Of a DNA stretch of 64,000 bases, positions 27,201 through 34,890 are shown in pieces. The stretch spans positions 19,319,101 through 19,383,100 of the forward strand of contig NC_134025.1 of the NCBI RefSeq assembly GCF_964204645.1. Reading direction: 5' to 3'. The notes under the pieces were generated by a model. It had not been told where the DNA came from. It saw only the letters and a list, made by a program, of their open reading frames with translations, and searched no databases. The translations under genes were made by a program, and so were the position numbers. Every line of letters begins with the position of its first letter. The first letter of the stretch is position 1. The stretch comes from Tubulanus polymorphus (Eukaryota > Animalia > Nemertea).

Positions 27201-27601
27201 ATGGTAAAATTGATTTAAAAAAAACTAATGTACAGGGCAGATACGCAGCTGGCCGGTTCAAGCTCAGCAGAGCGGAGAAACAAGGTATCAATTTCTTTTA
27301 GCCTTCTTATTTTTCTGGCACTGTGGCTTCAAGTTACAATTTCAAGAACTCTTCAATGAAAAATATAAAGATAAGATGAAAGAACCTGTCTGGACTGTAA
27401 TATCTTCACTGCTGACATGAATTCATTGGTTCTATCTCGGCAACTCATTTCTTTATCTGTAGGGGATGGTGGAGCCTTTGGCTGCGAACCACTGTAGTTG
27501 TTTGAGCTTTGATTGTTGTATGATCTGGGAGCTTGATTTTCTTTCTGATGTTGGTTGCTATCGAAGGTAGAACCTTGTATGTGACGACGCCTAGCACTCA
27601 T
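300..27601 (-). CDS. STX5: Syntaxin-5 (Golgi Qa-SNARE), 10 coding exons, ~353 aa
   Basis: Exons 27601-27386, 27074-27004, 26399-26344, 21132-21020, 20917-20843, 5463-5407, 5298-5220, 4380(or 4377)-4268, 3209-3088, 459-300. All are bounded by GT-AG with consistent phases and total 1062 nt. Translation gives MSCRDRTNEF (Sly1-binding N-peptide), KIGKDIANTFSKLEKL, AKRKSIFDDKP, SKLASMSNEFKSVLEVRTENLK, the SNARE motif DSYIQSRADTMQNIEQTIVELGGIFQQLAHMVKEQEE and the C-terminal TM SNRWLMIKIFGVLIVFFIIFVVFMA. The first coding exon has an acceptor at 27659-27660, so a non-coding exon lies upstream. Confidence 0.96.
512..1390 (-). mobile_element. Two truncated/nested HINE family 1 copies
   Basis: CTAGGGGTC.AGGGACACC ends at 512 and 814; internal units match family 1. 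Confidence 0.7.
1893..3011 (-). mobile_element. HINE family 1 copy
   Basis: Same termini and internal units as 10573-11830. Confidence 0.8.
9857..10464. mobile_element. Tc1/mariner-type MITE (family A), inserted in hAT transposase
   Basis: TIR CCGTAAAAACCGGCGTATAAGTC, TA TSD; near-identical copy at 21851-23567. Confidence 0.88.
10573..11830 (-). mobile_element. Non-autonomous Helentron (HINE/DINE-1-like), family 1
   Basis: Minus-strand 5' subTIR AGCCCACTTGGGA with adjacent inverted copy, (CCGT)n microsatellite, ~154-bp internal tandem units, 3' subTIR TCCCAAGTGGGC + GTCC-CT-GGAC hairpin, CTAG end; inserted in a T-run with no TSD. Confidence 0.8.
13389..16325 (-). CDS. LINE ORF2: AP endonuclease + reverse transcriptase, uninterrupted (~978 codons)
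   Basis: HINSRSL, VTETW, GDFN, IDNIF and SDH (APE); NYRPISLLP, QFGFR, LDLKKAFDTIDH, GVPQGSILGP, FADDT and KFLGV (RT); C-terminal HNTR..WNSLP..FKRNLK. The frame is open upstream of the GTG at 16124 as far as 16352. Confidence 0.93.
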   Translation of the reverse strand: MALDTSEDTEFSCSSSQYFCSADFNEKFLPINRKFSLIHINSRSLNKNFSQLKSNLKSISHVFDIIAVTETWTKLNDNNNALYHLDGYNCEFQSRSFSNGGGVCLYIKNNIQYKILTDLCVCNNVYESLFIEIKNVVVGVVYRTGPDINSFNQSFIDKLESWPLISNRKFYILGDFNINLLDYNEDSRVQHFFDSMCSLSFLPLNDKPTRITENSQSVIDNIFTNDIPLSKHVPGLLTFDISDHLPVFVFSDITTCQPTRDSFFRRHYPKKSILLFCDALSKTDWDPVLGDPNPESSYTVFLSMYKELFDHFFPLKLCEQPSARNKENNHKWLTPGLLISIKRKNSLYKKYLKSRNSDDKSEYTIYNNKLKHLLRFAERSYYASCIDFSKSKVKDTWNVIKKTLALKGPPKLPSALLDSCGTVINNCKAIANLFNDYFSTIGSSIASDIPQPEPNRETHVTNISDNFFMFPVTEIEIHDIVSQFIGKTSSGWDEIPMFIFKQSIEHICKPLMHVINNSFVTGIVPSGIKMARVVPVYKSGVINNVSNYRPISLLPAFSKLFEKAVSNRLSSFIDKHNILSCNQFGFRKGLSTSHALIAFTNYITENLDNGKFTVSIMLDLKKAFDTIDHSILLDKLYSYGIRGVAHSWFKSYLTNRLQQVSFKNYLSDVSPIPIGVPQGSILGPLLFILFVNDIVYSCNLNFLLFADDTTAINSHSDLNILQSNTNVELTKLFNWLNSNRLSANLLKTNYMLFHKKINILDDIDLVMGNVSITRNRETKFLGVIIDDSLTWNSHINKLCSIVSRNIGVLRKARRIFPRSALIKLFNGFILPYLQYCNIVWASNYVTRLRPLILLQKRAIRIASGVNFLEHTTPLFKKSYQLKLQDINVFQNSVLMYKSVHVLLPVKLSNSLIRISDLHSHNTRNSNQFRLPYYRTNIRMFSPNINCIRVWNSLPTELQQASNIDIFKRNLKRHIIGLY
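16333..17696 (-). pseudogene. LINE ORF1: putative RRM region + two CCHC zinc knuckles + SGNH esterase, one frameshift
   Basis: ATG at 17696; CTHCGGTDHSSYHC and CFNCGSVEHIKRDC knuckles; IGDSN, HLGTCD and DSSGIH esterase blocks; a 1-nt frameshift near 16637 joins ORFs 16635-17837 and 16333-16623. Confidence 0.8.
21851..23567. mobile_element. Tc1/mariner-type MITE (family A) carrying a HINE insertion
   Basis: Same TIRs and TA TSD as 9857-10464; interrupted at 22029-23157. Confidence 0.88.
22029..23157 (-). mobile_element. HINE family 1 copy
   Basis: Full termini; the empty site aataattatt is visible in the uninterrupted MITE copy at ~10031. Confidence 0.82.
24395..25653. mobile_element. hAT-like non-autonomous element with 5-bp TSD (hAT5-like)
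   Basis: TIR CAGGGTTC(A/G)TAGC; TSD CTATA; second inverted copy from 62823. Confidence 0.8.
26037..26303. mobile_element. Short hAT-like MITE, 5-bp TSD
   Basis: Imperfect TIR CA(A/G)GCC(C/A)GT; ATACA on both flanks. Confidence 0.5.
27099..27304. mobile_element. Small TIR element (Kolobok-like MITE) in STX5 intron
   Basis: ~30-bp TIR AGGCTAAA.AAA.TGATACCTTGTTTCTC at both ends. Confidence 0.65.
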
Positions 27602-28631
27602 TTAGAGAACAAATAATTTGCAAAGCCTTTTGAAACTGCACACAAAGATTTTGACAGACTGAAAAAAAAATCATAACTCATTTTAGCAAGTCTTAGTCAA
27701 TAACTAGGGGACCAAAGGTTCTGTGCTCTCAAGGCCAGTTTTCATGATATTAATGAAAACATATTACTACTCTTTTAATCATGCAGATCTTCCGTTAAAT
27801 CAATTACTGTAATAACAGTGTGCTTTTTTGAAAATCTGAAAATTTCAATAAATCTAAGAGCATGCCATGAGCAACATTTAAATAATTTATTGTGGTAACA
27901 AAATGTGATGCCAAGGCACCAATGTATGTAGGAATACCATGTTATTCCACTATTAAAGCAGAAAACAATGACCTTGAAATTCAGCACAATCGTAGAAAAT
28001 GTCATGACTCCAAGCAATTGCATTCTGAAACTATGGCTAGACCACTATATATGGAGGTAGCAAGTTTTTCGACCATTCAACCCCCTGGTGAACATATAGG
28101 TCTATAGAAACTAATGACCCTGAAACTCACAAAAATCAGTTATGAGCATCAAATTTGCAATTGATTGTGCTTACAAAATACGCGTGTGTACCAATATTAA
28201 TGGAGCAAGAGGGTCTATGAACGTTGAGGCATATTTTTTGTTGATTATTTTGCATAAGACATGATTCGAAGATAAATTGATAATATTGCTTCGGAGAGTC
28301 TAAATCTGACTTGTCATATCATGGGCGTCCCTAGGGGGGTTCAGTTGTTCGAACGAACCCCCTTTTTGAATTTTCAAACGTCGACAAACGTCGGCACATG
28401 GTCTGCATTTGCTAAATTAGCGAAATAAAATCAATACATGTGAAGAAAAGGGGAACCAGTCTACCTATCGTTTCACAATTCCATGATCTCAGGGTAGAAT
28501 TAGCTCTGGTCTATCTCAATAAAAATGGCTGCCGACAGGTAGATGGGCCTGTGATCGGACGGCCTCAGATTGCACCAGAACACTTGCTTGCACGACCCTA
28601 CTTCTATTCCAAAAAAATCCTGGGGACGCCC

Positions 28632-29363
28632 TAGTCTGAATATTAGTCGTTGTTACCTACCCTACAACGTCTGACGCTAAAGTATCATATAGGCCTAGAG
28701 GTTAACTCCAGTTAATTGCAATGCAACAACTGATCTTAGTGTCAAATCAAACCTTTGTACTAAAATGAATTAATTGGTTACCTTGTTGACTTTGAAAACG
28801 TGTTTTATAATAATATTTTTGAGGATTTAAATCGCGAACTGGAGAATTTATTGATTTGATTTTAATTGAATTGATTGCCACAATCGGGATTTCCAATATG
28901 GACTAAATTAATAAAATGTGAAAATTCAATATGTCTTTTTAAAATTACTCTAAATGTTATTTTTTGTTGATAAAACGTAAAAATTTTGGTCAATTTTAAC
29001 CTTAAGAATTTGAAACAAGAATAATATCTGCATTGGCATCAATGTCAGTCCAAGTTCAAGTCCGAACCCTTAATTTACACTCCCCATCATGCACCACGAA
29101 AAGCCGCCATATTTGTTATGTTGCTTCACTTCAACGATTTTTTGAGGCGACTAGTCAAAAGTTTTGAGCTACTACGATTGTCAAAAGCTACTTAGGATAA
29201 CAAATTTATGCACAAACAATAGTTAACTTCCATCTGATTACAGAACAGTCAGTTTGAGGTAAGTTGATGGTGTTTTAAGGGGTGAAATAGACACTCAATT
29301 AACCTTATATGAGCACTTTTGCCCTAGACGTTGTTTGTAGAACGACGGCTAGATACTAGACTA
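28632..29363. mobile_element. MITE with TAGTCT termini and 9-bp TSD, copy A
   Basis: TAGTCT...AGACTA; flanks GGGACGCCC / GGGACACCC; inverted paralog at 31695-34082. Confidence 0.8.
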
Positions 29364-30207
29364 GGGACACCCATGAATTTTTCTTGTAACAGACAGTTGC
29401 CTAATCAGAATTTTAATTTTAATTTTTCATCACTTGATTTCAGAATATAATTGAAATGGCACAATAGCCATTATTTTCCACTGAATAAGATTGAATTGGT
29501 GTCCTGTTCGACCACTACTTTCGTCTGCTACACATAAACAATTATACAGAGATTCAAATCAAATAGCTTATGATAAACACCCAAGTCCCCGCAATTCCAT
29601 ATAGAAATCAACATCTTCCTACTTGAAATTCTCAAGTACTTGGGGTATGAACATGACAGATCTGAGCGCTCACTCATAGGCCTATCCAAGTAAGTCTGGG
29701 TGAATATCAGGGAGCCAAAAAGTCACAATTTTGGTGGCCCACGTCATCAAATCTAATATCATATCAAAGCCTTGAATATTAGCTATAAAATAACAGGAAC
29801 TTGTAATAGGCCTACCTACATGACATAAACCAGGAATGAGCTATTAACGTTTAACTGGCAGGTGGTATCCTGCCAATGCAGCATTATTCCTGTTAAACTA
29901 TTTTGCACTGCGGTTCTTGGAATTGGTTGGTAAGTTTTAACTACATATAGGCCTAGGACTCCAACTTTTACCCTAACCCTATTCCGACTAGCTGTTAAAC
30001 GGACCCTTATAATCCTAAACCTAACTCTCTAGACCCTAACACGATTGAAACCCAATATTTATTCATTTTCATTCTAATATCTAATTATCGTATAGCCATT
30101 GGCAAAACAACGTACACAAATGTCAAATTAGCCTAATCTGCCGCATAGGCATTATTTTCATTTCCAATTGTTACAAATCCCAAAATGATTTGAGGATGGA
30201 TTTTTAG

Positions 30208-30640
30208 TTGGCAGGTGACATTTTGCCAATGCGGCATTATTCCTGTTAACGCTATTTTGCCAATGGCTTGTTCTGATTGACACTGCGCATGCGCACTGAG
30301 GTGCACAACTTGGAAAATTCAAAGAAAGTGTGGGGAACAGAGTCAGAGAAAATAGGAGCATAGAGCGGGATTCGAACCCGCACCAGCAGATTGCTAGCCT
30401 AACGTCTTTCCACTAGACCAACGGACTCACTGGAAACCACCCGTAAGTTTTCACTACATATAGCCTCACCTAACCCTAACCCTATCCCTAGGTGGTAGGG
30501 TAAAACGGACCCTAAACCTCACCCTAATCATAACTCTCTAGACCCTCACCCTAATCATAACTCTCTAGACCCTAACCCAAACGAAACCCTAAACCTAAAC
30601 CCAATATAATGATTTTATTGTTATATTTTATTAGATCAAA
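30208..30640. repeat. Composite repeat: tRNA-like head + degenerate telomere-like (CCCTAA) array
   Basis: Minus-strand A box TGGTCTAGTGG and B box GGTTCGAATCC (30365-30421); CCCTAA-like array 30467-30602; related copies 29852-30107 and inverted 36245-36533. Confidence 0.6.
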
Positions 30641-31694
30641 TATGAAATTAAATATATATTGTTGGATTTCTCTGACTAATATAGGGACTAATGTCCATTT
30701 CAACCTGACTTGAGAACATTAGGTGACCTAGCTCAGTCATTTTTGGTAGTACATACCTGATAAAGGTCTTAATAGGACCAGAAAGGACAGGCAGTCGACC
30801 TAAATCATCATTTTTTACGGAACCGAAGGTGTGAAGCCCCTAGAGTGGGGTTTGGGGGACCTCCCCCAAGAAAATTTTGAAATTTCAAGGAGTTTTTGTC
30901 GCACGTGAGGCCAATTTTCCAATGACAAAATAAGACTGCTGCCACGCGGTTGATCGTTCGTTGTTTATGATTGTCTGGAGTACATGAAAAGGATGGCTCC
31001 CACGAAATCCAAATCACTAGAACATGTTCATACTTAAATGAACTTGTCAATAAATAGTAGTCCCAAGAGGAGCCCCTATCTATAATCTTCCAATCTATCA
31101 CTCATGCCAAGCGTTTTGTGCCTGAATTAAAACAATGACTACAAATACTTTTATCGAGCGCATAGGCTTTCTTGCATGAATTGAAGCATGCCATCGCAGA
31201 TTCTAAATATAGATTTCCCGCGCAGCGCTATTGCATGTATATACGTGCAGGCCTATATAATTGTTCTAGACAACAGCGGTGTTTCGCAATGATGTTGTAA
31301 AAAAGATTTCAGAGATCGTAGCACCAGTTTTATGAGACGCTTTTACGGTCTGTTCTTTAAGTATCCTACAATCTAACTATCAACTTTCCCCCAGACCCTA
31401 ACCCCCCTATCATTTTCTCAACGGATCTATATCAATCTCAAGAATGATAAAATTGGACCTCCTTCCGCGGAAATCCGCGGAAGATTTTCATCCCTGTATT
31501 ATTGAACTTTCAAATCATGGAGTCTCTTTTCTCTCAGGAACCCCTTTCAATAAAGACTTCTTGGATATCCCTTTCAATACAACAGTTTCAAGTGGATTAA
31601 AAAGGATGTTTTAGGTCAGCTGCCAGTGCATTCTGGTCCTAGTAAGATTTTTATCAGGTATGTACTACCAAAACTAACTGAGCTAGGCCACCCG

Positions 31695-34082
31695 TAGTCT
31701 AGTACCTAGCCGTTGTTCCTGAAACAACGTCTAGGGCAAAAGTGCTCATATAAGGTTAATTTTCGTCCCTCATTTTGAGGGACGAGGCTTTGAGCGTCTA
31801 TTTCACCCCTTAAAACACCATCAACTTACCTCAAACTGACTGTTCTGTAATCAGATGGAAGTTAACTATTGTTTGTGCATAAATTTGTAATCCTAAGTAG
31901 CTTTTGACGATCGTAGTAGCTCAAAACTTTTGACTAGTCGCCTAAAAAAATAGTTGAAGTGAAGCACCATGACAAATATGGCGGCTTTTCGTGGTGCATG
32001 ATGGGAGTGTAAATTACGGATTCGAACTTAACTTGGACTGACATTGATGCCAATGCAGATGTTATTCTTGTTCCAAATTTTTAAGGTTAAAATTGACCAA
32101 AATTTATGCATTTTATCAACAAAAAATAACATGTAGAGTAATTTTAGAGAGACATATTGAATTTTCACATTTTATTAATTTAGTCCGTATTGGAAATCCC
32201 GATAGTGGCAATCAATTCAATTCAAATCAAATCAATAAATTCTCCGATTCGCGATTTAAATCATCAAAAATTTTATTATAAAACACGTTTTCAAAGTCAA
32301 CAAGGTAACTAATTAATTCATTTTAGTACAAAGGTTTGATTTGACACTAAAATCAGTTGTTGCATTGCAATTAACAGGAGTTAACCTCTATATGATAGCT
32401 ATATCCATAAAAAATTTAAATAGCTCCAATCTTACTGAAAGAAAGCTTGTTGGAATGGGGAGGGCTCAAATAACAATATGCTTTTTTAAATTTTTGAATT
32501 ATCTTCAATAGTTTTCGAGATATCGCAAAATGAAGTTTGAAAATTTGAGCGAAAAGTGTCTTCATGTTTCAATACACAAAAACTGTGATCTAATAAGGCA
32601 ATATTTCATGTAAACAAACTTCAATATCTCTTAAACTAAAAGAGATAGACTAGAAATTTAAAGAGCAATACACTCATAGCACTTTCAGGTGACAGTTGAA
32701 AGACCCAAAATTTTTATCTGATTCCAAATGCCTATGGTTTCCATGGAAACCAGCCGAAAAACGGTAAAATAATGAAAATATCGATGTTAGATCATAAGTT
32801 ATGATGTAGAAAGGGGATAGAATAACTAGTTATCAATAGTTTATGTTTGCCCTAAGTTTATCTAGGAATATCTATTATTATGTAGATTATTATATTAGGT
32901 TTCCATGATAACGGCAAGAAAAAATGTGAAATATTGAGAAATATTGATATGATTTCAGATGAAATTATTTTTTTCACTACATAATTTTTGAAATGAATTA
33001 ACATGATTATCAAGGCCTGTCAGTTAGGTCTATAGCCATAGGCTCCTATTGCAAATTGATTTAAATATACCAATATATTTTATATATTATTTGCTAGATG
33101 GATTTTAGTTAAGAAAAGCAGAAAATTAGGCTTGGCCTAGCTCAAAACGCTGAAATTTGAAATATATTCATGATATCATAATAAAATCAATCAGTTTAGA
33201 AACATAAACCAAGCAATAGTAATAATACTACTAATAATAACTAAATAATAATCCATTTGTTTTGTTTTGAGCTAAATTTCAACAATATTTTATATATATT
33301 TCAATTTTGCTGCTTTTGGAAAATCCCCTCGGGAGCCTCACTGTCCCATCACGCGCCTCTATTTTTGCCCGTCACAAGCCTCAATTCATCCCATTAGACG
33401 CCTCCCTCTTAAATGCCGATCATTTCGCTAAATCTGTCCTAATATTCAGAAATATAGCGATGAATAATTATGAATCGGAAAATAAATACAATAATTCACC
33501 GCTAGACCGATGAATAATTGTTGAATATTGATCTCATCACGAGCAGCGCGGAGCGGCGTCATTCAATAACAAGCGCCGGCCGCCATTTTGTATCGCTCGC
33601 TTCAACGCAAAACTTAGACATTGAATTTTCCGGCAGCGATCGCTCAGCACGAAATAAAATCATGCGGTCTTCAGTATTTGAATTTTAAGATCCTAAACCT
33701 TCCTATTCCTGATGATTCGTCGCTTATTCCGGGTCCTAAGCTGACGAATTTTGCTCATGAAAAAGGGTATATTTCGATTTCTATTTTCTTCGTCTAAAAT
33801 GCGGATTTATACACTAAACCAACCCCCAAGTGATTAAGATAGATCTTATTGGTTGATTCCAAAGATTTTAGCTCATTTGCATTGATAGACAGGTTTTATG
33901 AATGATTTTACTACGCGATGTCAAAACGCGTAGTAAAAACGCGCATCACACTTTTCCTAATCAATAATGGTCGTCACAATCGATAGTGGCGCCCCGCGCG
34001 GACATGAACATACCTATATATGATACTTTAGCGTCAGACGTTGTACGAAACGGAACCGTAACAACGACTGGTATTCAGACTA
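31695..34082. mobile_element. MITE with TAGTCT termini and 9-bp TSD, copy B (interrupted)
   Basis: Perfect TSD GGCCACCCG; reverse complement of copy A with a 1.6-kb insertion at 32396-34016. Confidence 0.82.
32396..34016. mobile_element. TIR element with TAG...CTA ends and 7-bp TSD (hATw-like?)
   Basis: Imperfect 13-bp TIR TAGCTATATCCAT / TAGGTATGTTCAT; TATATGA duplicated; rearranged second copy at ~35190-36221. Confidence 0.6.
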
Positions 34083-34779
34083 GGCCACCCGGAATGCTTT
34101 TAAGTCAGGTTGAAATAGACATTAGATATTAACAATAACAATAAACAAGTGTAACTCATTCGATTCCTGCTTCGGTAATAAATAAGAAGGATGACCGGCA
34201 GGGCAGGCCGGCCAAAAGTCAACACCCCGTCACAAGATTTGTGTAACATCTTCTGATTTCTTACAGAGAATATTAAAATCAGTTACATAGAACTACCAAG
34301 GTCGAGGAGATTCCATCAAATGTGAAACTTCAGTAAGAATATTTGACAGCGATTTTGACAGCCGATGCAGATTCGTACACGCAAACACTTCCGGGTTTGA
34401 GAAGGTGGGATTACGCGCCGGACATAGGCCTACGGACGAATCGTTGAATATGTCCATCAGTTCCAAGTTTTCCAGAGCCGGCTTGCATGTCACAATGCAT
34501 CACCCCACTCTCTTGCAATAAATTATCGGATCAGTTTCACAAAGAGGTTTCACTTAAAAATCGATCTGAGAGTTATGCCTAATAACGGTAGTAATCTGAG
34601 TTTGGAAACTGCGGGCGCGAAGTTAGTCTAATCCTACGCCTAAGTTTTCTTTAATTCAAAAAATAGCTTTGGCAAGACGACCGTCACTTCCACCAAAGAA
34701 AACGAATATGAAAATGCGAGGGTTGTTTTTGTAGAGGCGCAATTGTGTCCGATTCGGTGTCCGTTCCGCGTTGACGCTC

Positions 34780-34820
34780 TATATAAATATGCGTGCAGCC
34801 GACTGTAATCTGTCATTTGT
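34780..34820 (+). promoter_or_regulatory. Candidate MTR core promoter (TATA + initiator)
   Basis: TATAAA at 34782-34787 and TCATTT (Inr-like) at 34813-34818, ~75 nt upstream of the MTR ATG, in a locally CpG-rich segment. Confidence 0.45.
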
Positions 34821-34890
34821 AACTGTCGGTCGCGACGATTAACTTGTGATCGTTCCTATCTTCTTCACGATTATCCACATAAATACCACA

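Larger units (their letters stand above)
30688..34125. mobile_element. Long-TIR (foldback-like) element whose right TIR is split by MITE copy B
   Basis: ~120-bp inverted repeats: 30688-30810 versus 31604-31694 + 34092-34125; no clear TSD. Confidence 0.65.

Noticed and set aside
27379-27385. U12-type or non-canonical intron at the weak STX5 donor GTTCTT
   Set aside because: It does not match the U12 donor consensus (RTATCCTT); treated as a weak U2 GT donor that is phase-consistent with the next exon
30356-30428. Functional tRNA gene (apparent AGC anticodon)
   Set aside because: Acceptor and anticodon stems do not pair; kept only as a tRNA-like part of a repeat. The weaker A/B-box remnants at ~18465-18520 and ~50772-50840 were rejected for the same reason
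28632-32395. Inverted segmental duplication of an STX5 promoter/first exon
   Set aside because: Each copy has its own TIRs and a different 9-bp TSD, so these are independent MITE insertions
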